Assembly (NCBI GenBank): GCA_963663405.2
Contig: CAXXSM010000130.1
Coordinates: 117,027 to 181,026, forward strand
DNA: 64,000 nt
Direction: 5' to 3'
Origin: a bacterium
Lineage (GTDB): Bacteria > Hinthialibacterota > Hinthialibacteria > Hinthialibacterales > Hinthialibacteraceae
Shown: positions 31,990-44,700 of the stretch, one piece after another
Layout: each line of letters opens with the position of its first letter
Numbering within the stretch: the stretch's first letter is position 1
Notes under the pieces: model-generated
The model's database searches: none
What the model saw: only the letters and a program-made list of their open reading frames with translations
What the model was told of the DNA's origin: nothing
Program-made: the position numbers and the translations under genes

Positions 31990-34900
31990 CTATTCCGTTG
32001 TGAATACGTCCAGCTGATCGATGGTGATCTTGCCAGTTACGCCTGGACCACCCAGTTGTATGACGCAGATGGGGGGAACGCTTTTTCCGCTTGTTGTGAA
32101 ATTCCCACCGAGGCGGATGGGGTAAAATTCTTCTTCCGGCAGATGGCTGGCGTGGATGAAATAGCCAACGCTCTGTTCTCCATCCGTCAAAACCAGGGCA
32201 ATGGTTCCAGCGGCTCCGCTTGCCCGTTTGATATACACGCTGCTATGAATCATCGCGGGCAATGGTGGAGCGATGGAGAAGACAGCGGTATGCGCGGCTA
32301 ACTGGTTCGGCGCGATCGCCAGTTCCACACCTTGCCCACTCATTCCATTCACAAGGGAGACCGTTCCTGGGACTTCTCCTTGGGGGAGAAAGGCGTTTGG
32401 ATTCAATTCACTCATCGGCGGCGCGATCGTGTCGAATGTAGGATCGGCCATCAATGTGAGTGGTGTGATTGTTTGATCGATGAAGGGCGCAATACGCAGG
32501 GAATCGAAATAGATCGTGTATTCGCCCTCCGGCGCGCCGCTGGGAACGACGAATTGCAGCGCGGGGATGATGGCGCTACTCGGAGAATCGTATACGAGCC
32601 GCAGTTCTCCCCACCGGTCAACGGGGACTTCGCTCTTGATTGGATTGACATAACCGTAATCAGTCGAAATCGGATCGGCGAAGGCGATTAGGGCCAATTG
32701 GGCGAGATCACTATCCACCCGCGCCGCGACGGTGAGTTCCACCAGGGAGCCTTCGATCTGTTCCGGTGTGTCCGCCAGCAGGAAGACGCCTTGACCGGGA
32801 CGCAGCGTTACTCTCGTTCCTTCTCCATCGGTCGCTCCAGGATAGGTGTTGTCTATAGGGACCGGGCCGGATTCAACACTTTGGGCTGGTTCGAATCCTC
32901 CGACGGGAAGCGATGTGAAATGGAATTCTTTCGAGATCGGCGTGGGAGCTTGTGTTGGCTCCAATGGATCGACCGAGTGGTTGAGGAAGAGCAGCATCTC
33001 TTCGGAAACGTCATCGAGGAAGACGAAATCTTCACGCCCGTCGTTGTCGATGTCGATCGCTTCGATGCGTAAATCGGAGAAGACACCGAATTCCGATGTG
33101 GAACGGTCGCTTTCGAATGTGACGACCGAGCTGAATTCTCCCGGCGCCAGCCCACAGACAACGGAGATCTGTTCGACTCCATAGATGCCCGTTCCCCGGC
33201 TGACGTAGATCAGATCAGAAATTCCATCTTTATCCAGATCGGAGATTTCAGTATCGTCGATGATGGCTTGCAACTCCATTTTTCCAATGAATACGAAATC
33301 CAATTCGTTCTCCGCATTGGTGGAATACAATCGCACGCTTCCATCAAAAGGAACGACGACGAGATCGTCTACGCCGTCAACGTCCGCGTCTCCTACACGA
33401 AACGCGAGCGCGGTGTTGCCCGCCAGGGTGTCGTTTAGTGTAAACTTTTTGAAGATTTGGTATTCCGTCAATGAGACGGGGGAGAGAAAGATTACAGAAT
33501 TGCTTTCCAAGGTGAGTAGAATCATCTCGAATATGTGATCGCCGTTGATATCGGCGAGACGTATGGCTTGGATAACCCCACCGCTGATGCCGGGAACGGT
33601 AACTTTTTCTGGTATCAATTCTGTTTCGTCATCGGATATTGTGTAGCGGAAGATTTCGTTGAAATCGCGGTTGAATGATTCTTGAATGAGGAAGATTTCA
33701 TCCCTTCCGTCGTGATCCGTGTCAACGATCGCGAGCGGCATGTTCTTGCCTTTGATCTTGTTCTCATATACGACGTAAAAGGGGGCGGGGAGTTCTGTCT
33801 CCAGGCGCTTTTGGAGGTTTTGTTCTGGATCGCTGTCGCCGAGTAGAACAATCGTTTTTTCATTGTAATAGGACAGGATGCAGATATCCGTCAAACCGTC
33901 CCCGTTTATGTCGCCAGACTCGATAAAATCGCTGGCGGCTCCGATGGGGAGATAGGTTTCAGTGAACTGTCCCGGTGATTGCGCGTCTGATTCGAGTAGA
34001 ATCAGCGCGTCTTCCTTCGGGCAGCGCGGTTAGGATATCCACATCATTGTCGTGATTGAAGTCCGCTGCGATGAATCCATCCGGCCTGGAATTCAATTGG
34101 GTGACGGATGATGGAATCAGCGCAAATTTATTCGTGCATAGATGCACGACCCACGCTGTCGGTGAGGGGGTCGGTGTGGGGATTGTTGGATCAGTCGTTG
34201 GCGCCTGCGTCGGTGTTGGCGTGAAGGTGGGTGTATATGTTCTTGTTGGGGTGTTGCTCGGTGTCAGCGTACGTGTTGGGGTCGCTGTGGGCGTATTTGT
34301 CGGCGCGTCGGGCGGCAAGGGTGTATTGGTTGGTCGCGGCGTTGGTGTAAAGGTAGGGGTTGACGTGTTTGTCGGAGTTGACGTTGATGTAGACGTGGGT
34401 GTGTTTGTCGGTGTCGGCGTATTGGTAACCGTTGGCGTTTCGGTTGGGGTGACCGTTGGGGGAATCGTGGGCGTTGGCAAGGAAGGCACAATGATTGTGT
34501 TTGAAACGGTAAATGGTTCGTTTCGTTGAGATCGCACATTTAAAGAATATTCAAGAGTACCGATAGGATTACCAGTGGCCAATAGTTTCCATAACAACGT
34601 TTCACTATTTTCTACACCGGGTGAAATTGTGCCGATTTCTCTCAGTCCTTCATATCCGGAAACGAATGCAAGCCCATCTGGCAATTCAAGTTCAGCGATG
34701 ACATCAAACTCGTCTGCATTTCCATTATTTATAATATTTCCGATTACCTCGAAGGGGACGTAAGCGCCATCTTTAATAGAGACTTCTTGCGGGCCGGAAA
34801 GAGTGGCGGTCAAGTTGTAACTTGTATCGCTATTAATGGTTCCGAGACCATAGTACGCAATCCAGGTTGTTGATTCGCCTGTTGATAATGGCTCTTGGTT

Positions 34901-37900
34901 CCATTGGATATTTACTGCGGAATCAGAGGCGAAACTAACATCCGAAGCGACTTTGTATTCAATTTCGTCCGCGCTATTCTTTAAAAATTTATAATAAGCA
35001 AGTTGAAATATATCCGATTTTGGCCCGCCGCCAAAACTGACTTCACCCGTTAGGGTTGGATTAGCTAGATCATCCATGACTTGAACGAAATCGGGGATGG
35101 ATTCATCTGTCAATTCCAATTCATGCGTAACGCCTCCCCGGTTGGGGATAAAAAACGGCGCGCCGTCGTTGCCTGCGATCTGCGTATCTAGTATGATACG
35201 CATGCCTACATTATGCGTGTCTGTTCCTCGATTGATTGCGGTCCATTTAATCTCAATATTGTCGAATTCTCCCGACGTATATCCGCGAGCGAAACGGAGT
35301 TCAAGTTGTAGTTCGATATCTCCTTGTCTCCAGGAACCAATGATTAATTCACCGTCGAGAGAAATCGGTTCAATGACTTCCCCCGAAAATATAATCAGCG
35401 AAATTGGAATATGCGTGATTGTCGATGATTGCCGTTGACCAGTTTGTGTATGGTGATTTTTCATCACCAGGAAAGAGCAATAACTGCCCATCAAGAGTCG
35501 TTAATTTAAACCGGCCCAGTGTATCGACGAGTAACGAGAGGTAGGGATTTGAGATTAAGATTTCCGGTGTGCGCACATCGATTTTGTAGGCTCCGGTCCG
35601 GTCGGTTCCCGATCCGACGACTTTGATGATGTAAAGTCGGTTTGGTTCCAAATCACGAGTGATTTTCGAGAATGGATTTTCTCCGATGCCATCATTCAAA
35701 GCGATGGGCCAGTTGAGATTATCTTCTTCATATAGATAGACAATCGTGTCCATTAGTGGTTGATCGGTGACTTGATGGGTTTCAATGGTGTATTCATCAC
35801 TGGCGTCAGAGGTGTAAAACTTGTACCACTGTTCTTCACCTCACCCGCTCGATACGTCCTTCCGTGGCGGGCGCGTTGACGATTATTGTGACGTATGGAT
35901 CGGGTGTGGGAGTGGGGGTGTCGGCTCCGGGGATGGGAGTATTATCAGGCGCGCCCGGCGTGGGCAGGATTGGTGTCGGATTCGGCGCTTCGGTGGTGTA
36001 GACATTGATATCGTAGTAGCCTGTCCCATTGTTTCCTGCTTCAATCGCTTTGACGTAGTATGCGCTGTTGGGCAGAAGAGGCAGTGAGATTTTTGAGAAG
36101 AAGCCGGTTCCTTTATCGTCATCCGACGCGATTAGATGCGTTTGATTGCCCGGCCCGTAGAGGGAAGATCAATGTGTCCATGCGGGATTGATCCGCTGTT
36201 TGATGCGTTTCAATATGGAAGGCCAGGTCTTGCGTATCGGCTCCTGTATAGAATACGTACCAGTCGTCTTCCCCCCTCGCTTTCAATATGTCCCGTCTCT
36301 TTTGGTCCGTTGACGATCAGCGTCACGATTGTATCCGCGGATGGCGTAGCTGTTGGCTGGCCTGGACGGGGGGTGTTTGTTGAGGGTGGAATTGTTGATA
36401 TCACCTTTGTTGGCGTTGGTGTGGGTGGCTCGGAAGAGCGCACGTCGATTGTGTAATGGCCCGTGGGATTGCTGCCTACGCCAACCACTTTCACGTAATA
36501 CGCGCTGCTGGGCAGGAGGGATGATGTGAGTATCATGGAAAAACGGCCATCTCCATCATCGTCATCGCTATTGAACCAGCTGGTTTGGTTGTTTGGACCA
36601 TAAAGGGTGATGATTGTGTCGATCCCGGACCATCCGGTTTTTTGGTGCGTTTCGATTGTGAACGTTAAATCGGTCATATCTTCAAACGTGTCGAATTTAT
36701 ACCAATCCTCTTCACCTGTTGTTGAAAGATCCGCTGGATAGGGGGGATCGTTCACGATTAGCGTGATGATGGGGATCGGTGTGACGGAGGGAATGGGGGT
36801 GATGGAGGGAATGGGGGTGGCGGTGGGGACTGACGTCACAGAGGGCATTGGTGTAGCCGAGGGTGTTGGTGTTTCGAATGTTGTCTGTGAAGGAGAAGGA
36901 GTTGTTTCACCACCGCTATCACCACCATTATCACCACCATTATCACCACCATTATCACCACCATTATCACCACCATTATCTCCACCATTATCTCCACCAT
37001 TCGAACCGCCGTTAGACGCCGTGGCTACAGGTGTATTTGTCAGTGTATTTGTGGGAGTAAGAGTTGGGGTGTTCGTTGGCGTTGGCGAGGGTACAGGAGT
37101 ATTCGATGATGTTGGAGTGGGCGTGGGAGTTGGGGTATTTGTTGGCGTATATGTGGGGGTATATGTGCGTGTTGGACTGGGGGTGTTCGTTACCGGTTTT
37201 GTATTCGTCGGAGTTGGGGTATTGGACGGTGTGTAGGTCGGCGTTGGTGTGGGCTGGGCCGCGGTGCGCACATCGATCGTATAATCTCCCAATGCGTCGT
37301 TTCCAAATTCGATTACTTTTACATAGTAGATTGTGTGTGGTTCCAGATTGCTTGTGTTTATTTTTGAAAATGGGCGTGTTCCCCCGTCATCATTTGAGGA
37401 AATCAGCTGGATTTGATTGTTCGGCCCATAGAGAAAAATAAACGTGTCTGTACTCGTTTGACCCACCGCTTGATGGGTTTCGATAACGAGCGAGAACTGA
37501 TCCGGGTATGATTCCGTGTCAAACCGATACCAGTCTTCCTCGCCATAGGTATTGATTCTTCCAGCGTATGGTGGATCGTTCACGATTAGCGTAACGATGG
37601 AGTCTGAAGGCGTTGGTGATGGAATCCGCTCTGTCGGGGCCGATGTGGGATTGATCCCGGTTGGACGGGGTGTGGGTGTGCTTGGGGATTCCGATCGCGC
37701 ATTGATGTCATAATATCCCGTGTTTCCTTGCAGGTTTATCACTTTGACGTAATACGTGGAATTGGCTTTGAGATTGTTGACTCTGATTTTTGAAAATAAA
37801 TCCACACCGCTGTTATTATCAAATTGAACTAAGGAAGATTGGCTGTTTGGCCCATACAGATAGATCAATGTGTCGAACGAATCTTGATTGGCAGTTTGAT

Positions 37901-38534
37901 GAGTTTCGATGATGTAGGTTAAATCGGTGGAACTTGTATCGAACTTGTACCAATCGATTTCTCCTGCGCTTTCAATCCATCCATGTTCGGTGGGGCCATC
38001 CACAATTAATGTAACAATCGGCTTTGGAGTGGATGTGGGAGTAAGGGTCGGATAAGAAATTGTTGGCATTGGCGTGGGGGAGGGTTTGATGCCGGTTTTC
38101 ACATTGATTGTGTATTCCCCCGTTAGTTTTCCTTCTACTTTTATATAGTACGTGCGATTCGCTTCGAGGGTCAGAGCGATTTGGGATAATGTTCCTGCGC
38201 CTCCGTCGTCATTCGACACAATTATTTTTGTCCAATCATCCGGGCCATAGAGTGTGATGACGGTGTCGATTGTGGTCTGGCTGGACGAGGGGTGGGTTTC
38301 GATGATGATATAACTCTTGATCGAGGGAGTCTGGAACCGCCACCAATCTTCTTCCCCCTTGTCCGTGATTCGGCTGGTCTCGGAATTCCCGCCGACTGAG
38401 ATATCCAAGATTTTCCCTGGTGTTTGAGCGCTGGCCGTATGGGTATACAGAAATCCACCGCATAGTGAGAGTATGAGACACAACAAAGGAAGCAGTTTCT
38501 TTTTCACGCGAGTTGACTCCATCAGACAGGTCAT
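31990..38534 (-). CDS. Giant secreted modular protein: 6 PPC-like domains, Pro/Thr and GGDN linkers, beta-sandwich, FG-GAP repeats, duplicated C-terminal domain (multiple frameshifts)
   Basis: ORFs 36210..38534, 35370..35753, 33959..35494 and 31990..33894 join into one reading; repeated GEEDWY.F...IETH...DT...LYGPN...YYVKV; D.D.DG..D FG-GAP motifs. Confidence 0.8.
36907..37002. repeat. 12-bp tandem repeat (TCACCACCATTA) x8, encoding GGDN
   Basis: Five perfect and three variant units. Confidence 0.9.
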
Positions 38535-38755
38535 CCATTCGTTTTCCGCATGAGGAACTATAACACGTTTTTAAACAGGTCAAAACCCGTTTTTCCAAAT
38601 GGCCTGACGACGTTTTTTGGGGTTTTAAAAATAACGTCAAACACTCGATCCTTCAAACATGTTCTCTCGAACCGCCTAGACATCGAGTACATTTTTCTTA
38701 TGATATCTTCGAACTGGAGAAATCATCTATGCGCGTCTTCAACAAGGAGATACTA

Positions 38756-41700
38756 ATGAAAGCGCTTCGTTTTGTTCCTTTTTCGTGTTGGATAGTTCTT
38801 TTTTTGATTTGTGTGGGAACCACTCAGGCTCAAACGTCTATCAGCGGTTCCCAATCGGGCGTGTGGAACACGGGGGGAAGCCCCTATCTAATCATAGGCA
38901 ATGTCTCTGTGCCCGCCGGGCAGACGTTGACCATACAACCGGGTGTCATTGTGAAATTCAACAGTGGAACCCAACTTGTTGTGGATGGGACTCTTCTCTG
39001 TGAAGGAACCAGCGGCGGGACGATCGTCTTTACCTCCTATCGGGATGACAGCGCAGGTGGGAGCACGGATGACGAAACGGCGAGCGCAGGTGTGGCGGGG
39101 GATTGGAAAACCGTGCAGATCAATCCGGGCGCCAAGGCGGTCTTCAAGGAATGCCGGTTTCAATATGGTGGGGCCTCCGCGGCTCCGGCCGTGTACAGCG
39201 GCGGCGCGTTGACGATGGAGAATTGCCAGATTCAGTACAGCGCGGGGAAGGGAGTCCAACTGGCGGGAGATGTTGTGAAGACGTTGCAAGCCGTTGTCTG
39301 TTCGGATAGCGCCGGGGCAGGATTTGAACTGAGTGGGACCAATGCGTCGTTGTATCAATGCGTCAGTGAACGGAACGGCGCGGGGCTCGTGATGAGCGGC
39401 TCCAATTCCTGTACGGAATGCGCATTTAACAATAACACCGGCGAGGGGATACGAATTTCGGGAGGCGTTTTGGATCAACCGGTCTGCGCGGATTGTCAGT
39501 GCATGGGGAATGGTTCGGGTGTGGCGGTCAATCCCGAACTCCTGCCAACGATCCAGCGGCTTACCATCAGTGGAAATGTTTGGCAGACCGTCACCCTTCC
39601 CGGCGGTACTTTAAAAAAAGATGTCAATTTTAAAGATATCTTTCTCACGGAGGATTACGATTTAATTTACATTCTGCAAGGCAATCTGGCGGTTGATTCA
39701 ACCGTCACGTGGACTATTAACGCGGGGGCTATGTTCAAACTGCCAAACAATGGCGTCATTACCGTGAACGGCTCGCTCTTTGTTTTTGGGGAAGGGGATC
39801 ATCCTGTCGTCTTTACGTCCTATCGTGACGATCGAACCGGCGGGGATACCAATGGGGATGGTCCTACCACGGGGGCGCCGGGGGATTGGGGAACGGTTAT
39901 CGTGTCTGATACCGGTAAGGCGTTTATGGAATACGCCCGGTTTCAGTATGGAGGAAACGCGAACCAATCATCCCTGCGATCCACGGGTGAACTGACATTG
40001 AACAACTGCCTTTTTCAATACAGCAAAACCAATGGCGCTTATTTGACGGGCAGGCAGGTCAATCGGGAATTTCTCGCTTTCGGTGTGCAAAACTGTCAGT
40101 TTATCAATAACACAGTGTATGGATTGTATTCAGAAGGCACGGGATCGATCCAAGGGTGCCTTTTTCAGAGTAACACAAACGCAGCCGTCAACATCCAAGG
40201 CGGGCAGGTGGATACGGTTACCTTCAGAGGCTCCACCATTCTTAACAATGGCTCAATTGGCGTGATTCAGCCGCATCTCCTCGCTGGGGTCAGTGAAAAC
40301 ACGGTCGATCCTACAACCAATGAGCGTCTCGATATTCCCAGTGGAACGATCAAGCGCGACACCACGTTTGATATGAGCGGCGTCCAATACAACCTCGCCG
40401 AGGGGGGGATTACGATTGACAACCTTGCGAAACTGACCATCCAACCCGGTGTGATTTTCAAAGCGGACGCCGCGCGTACTCAACCGGTTCTCACTGTGAA
40501 CGGCTCGCTTGAAATCGTGGGAACCGGCGCCCAGCCGGTGGTTTTCACCTCCTATCGTGATGACACCTATGTGGGGGATACCAACGGTGACGGCCCTTCT
40601 GAAGGCGCGCCGGGGGATTGGAATTCCCTGCATATTTCCGAGTCTGGTTCGGCGGTGATTCGCGATTGTCTTTTCCGTTATGGCGGTTATAACAACAACC
40701 GTTCCCTCATTCTCCAAGGCGGGACATTGACCGCGAATCAATTGACCATCGAACGGAGCGCGGGAAGTGGGGCTTTGTTGAACGGTTCATCGGTTTCTCT
40801 GACAGATACAACGATCCGCAATTGCGGCGCGCATGGAATTGAACTCGACAGCCCCGCTTTCCAACTCACTGGCTGTTATTTTCAATCCAACAAGGGCAAT
40901 GGGCTCAGCGCCAATGGCTCTGGAACGATCACTGGATGCGTCTTTAATAGGAACACGCAGGCTGGCTTGATCGAAACCGGCGCCACCACCGCCAGTATCA
41001 CTTGCACGGGGAGCCAGTTTGATGGAAATGGAGTCATCGCGTCCATCCAGCCACATCTGCTGTATGGATTCAGTGGGAATACGGTGAATGTTGGAACCAA
41101 CCAATTTTTCCAGATCCCCAGCGGCGTTATCAGCCGGGATACAAAACTGGATATTCCCGGCGCGTTATACGATCTCGCCAATGGGGGACTGACCATCCAA
41201 GCGGGCGCGGTTCTGCAGGTGGATCCGGGCGTCTTTTTCAAACCCGCCGCCGCGCGTTCGAATCAATTGATCGTGCAAGGAAAATTGGAGGCGATCGGGA
41301 CCGCTGAACTTCCCATCATCTTCACCTCATACCGGGATGATGAATTCGGCGGAGATTCCAATGGGGACGGCCCATCCACCGGCGCGCCAGGCGATTGGGG
41401 ATCAATTCTTGTCGCGAATACGGGGGACGCTGTATTGACACACTGCGTCATCCGTTATGGGGGAGTCAACAACCAGATAGCGCTGACCGCGAACGGTTCC
41501 TTGACGCTCAAACAAACCATCATCGATCAAGCCCTATCGACAAGTGTTTCCGTAAACAATTCCACCGCCGTGTTTGAAAACAGCACATTCCAACTCGCCG
41601 GGCTGCATGGGGCGAGCGTAACCAGCCCGAATTTTACGATAACGAACTGCGTGTTCGCGTCGAACAATGGCGCGGGATTGAACGCCAATGGCTCCGGATC

Positions 41701-44700
41701 GATTACGGATTGCGCTTTTCATAACAACATCGCGGAAGCGTTAGTTGTTACCGGCGGGCAAACTGATTTTATTTCCTGTTCCGGCGGTATGTTTACCGGC
41801 AATGGACGGATCGCATCCATCCAACCGCATCTGTTATATGGATTCGGCGCGAATCAGGTGGACACTTCGACCAATGTCTTTTTCTCGATCCCAAGCGGCG
41901 TCATCAATCATGACACCCAATTGGCGATCGCGGGCGCGATGTACGATCTCGCGGATGGAGGAGTCACCGTCGCGGAGAACGCAACTTTGCGGATTGATCC
42001 AGGAGTGATCTTTAAATCCAACAGCGCCCGGACCAATCAATTAATCGTTCAGGGCAAATTAGAGGTGAATGGAACCAGCGCCAATCCTGTTGTTTTTACC
42101 TCCTATAAAGACGATGCGACGGGTGGAGATACCAACCAAGATGGACCATCGACAGGTCAGCCGGGAGACTGGGGGATGATCTCGATCGCAGCGAGCGGCT
42201 CCGCTGCGTTCAACCATTGCGTTCTTCGCTATGGCGCCGCCAATACTTTTTCATCGATCTTGGAAGCGAACGGCGCTGTGACACTCGATCAAACGACGAT
42301 TGAGAAAAGCCGGTCGATGGGTCTTATGGTCAATCAAGCCGCCGCTTTGTTGAAGAACAGCGTCATTCAGGAGTGTGGATCAACGGGGGCTAAGATCGCG
42401 GGTCCCAATTTTTCGATTCAAGGTTGTGAATTCATCGCGAATAACGGTTCGGGTATGGACGCCAATGGTTCTGGAACGATAACGAACAACACATTTCAAG
42501 GCAACACAGGAAACGCGGTTGTTCTTTCCGGCGCCCAAACCGATACGATCCTTTGCGCGAATAACGCCATTGCTGGAAATGGAGGCGCCGCGTCTGTTCA
42601 ACCCAATCTTCTACCCGGATTTATGGATAATCAGATCGATATCGAAACCAATTCTGTGATCAGCGTTCCCAAGGGCTCCCTCGTCCGTGACGCGACGCTA
42701 GCTGTTACAGGGGCTTATTACGATATTAGTGAAGGTGGGATTACCATTGAACAATACGCCTCTCTCACAGCGATGCCCGGGATCTTTTTTAAAGCGCTGT
42801 CGGCCCGCGCGAATACTGGAAATCTACTTGTTGTGAATGGGAAATTATTTGTTCAGGGAACGGACGCCACGCCCGTTGTGTTCACTTCGTACCGGGATGA
42901 CGAATCAGGTGGTGACACCAACAAGGATGGCGTTTCAAAGGGTGTTCCCGGTGATTGGGGAAAAATCAATATTGCGGCGTCCGGTGAGGCTTCGATCGAA
43001 TACGCGGATATCCGTTTCGGCGCCAGCGGCGCGCTGTCTTCCAAAGGCAAACTTACGATCCAGCATTCCACGATTGAATCCAACGGCGGAGTTGGGATGC
43101 TGTTGGAGGGCGCGTCTCTCGCGCAGTTCTGTTCGATTCAAAATAACGCGGGTGTGGGGATTCAAGCGTCCGGGTCTAACGCCGTTGTGCGCGGCTGTGA
43201 CATCGAAGGAAACGGATCCGGTGTGTCTGGAGGATCGCAGAACTCCATTATCGAAGCGGAATATAATTATTGGGGTTCTCCCAGCGGGCCTCTTGATGAA
43301 TCGGACGACCGGCAGAACGGCGGTGATTACAATCCATCCGGCGCGGGGGATTCTGTTTCGAACAATGTGGATTACCGGCCCTGGTTATTCTCTTCGTATC
43401 GAAACGCTGTGGCTGGATTCGCTGCGGTTTTGATTGAGGCTCCGCGGGATGTGAAAGCGAACGCCCAATATCTGGCGAAAGTGTATGTGAAAACCGACTC
43501 GTTCGCGTTGGGATCGTACGACCTGACGATTGGAGCGTATCCGAAAAACATGGTTGAGATCGACCGGATCATTCCAAGTAACACGGCGGAATTCGGCGCG
43601 CCCAACTTGGCTCAAATCTCGACATCGTTGGATTCCATAACCGTTAACGACTCGCAAACCAGTGGAACCGATTCCCCGAAAGGGAAGATTCATCTGTTTA
43701 CGATTGTTTTTACACCCATTGCGATCGGTAATTTCTCGTTCGAAATCGACAACGCTGAATTGCGGACGTTGGATTTCAAACTGCTGCTTCCATCGGCTGA
43801 ATCCGTAAACCTTCGTGTTTCGGACATTGGGATTTTAGGCGACGCGAACGGCAATGGGTTATTTGACGCCGGAGACGCGCTGGCGATCGCCCAATATGTG
43901 AATGGGCTCCGGCCCACGCTGCCGGGAAAAGAAGCCGCCGACATCAACCAAAACGGGCATATCGATCTCGACGACGCGCTGCTGATCGCTCAGATCATTG
44001 CCAAACAGCGCCCGCATCCTATGGGATCTTACGCCGCGTTGGAATCCTACGTTCCTCCTGCCAATACCCGGAAACTCGCGCCTTTCGCCGCCACTGGATT
44101 GGAATTGCAAGTGGTCAAGGAACCCGCGTATTTAGGCGATCAATTGGTTCTTGATCTCTTCATTCAATCTGGAAACCAAACCTTAGGGGCGTACGATCTG
44201 GCTTTGGAATACGACGCGCGGGTCTTCATGGCCGCGCAGGTGTCGCAAGGGGGAGACTCGTATTTTGGGATATCGCCTATTGTCAATATGGATCACACGA
44301 ACGGGATTACGTACATTGTGGATTATCAAGCCGCCTCGTTTACAGAGCCGGTGGGACGGATTCATATCGGCCGGATCGCGTTCGTCTTGTTGGATCTTCC
44401 TTCCATTGGAATTACGGAAATCACCGTGCGTCCGGGCCGTCCGCAGGATGTAAATTTTATCCCCATCGATCTACGTGAGGTCACGATTTCCGTTCCATTT
44501 GACGTGAACCAATTTCCTGCCACGCCTACACCACCGCCCAGCGCTGACGCGACACCCACTCCAACGCTTCCCGCTGGGGCGCTGCCGGATATCGAGCCGG
44601 TTCTCACGTATGAATTCAGCCAAGATTCGCTGGCGGCGAATGGGTGGTCCGAAATCCCCGGTGGATTCAATAGCATGCCTCCCGGTGTTGCCGCTATCAG

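Noticed and set aside
944-36300. Numerous frameshifted genes as pseudogenes, phase variation or programmed frameshifting
   Set aside because: Indels hit unrelated genes, often in homopolymers, and cluster regionally (worst at 35750-36300), while 38756-62085 is clean. This fits low-coverage long-read error; polishing would decide.
36907-37002. CRISPR array
   Set aside because: 12-bp contiguous coding repeat with no spacers and no cas genes; no CRISPR seen elsewhere in the window
34056-37236. Val/Gly-rich + strand ORFs (34056..34529, 36763..37236)
   Set aside because: Antisense shadows of Pro/Thr linkers in the - strand giant gene
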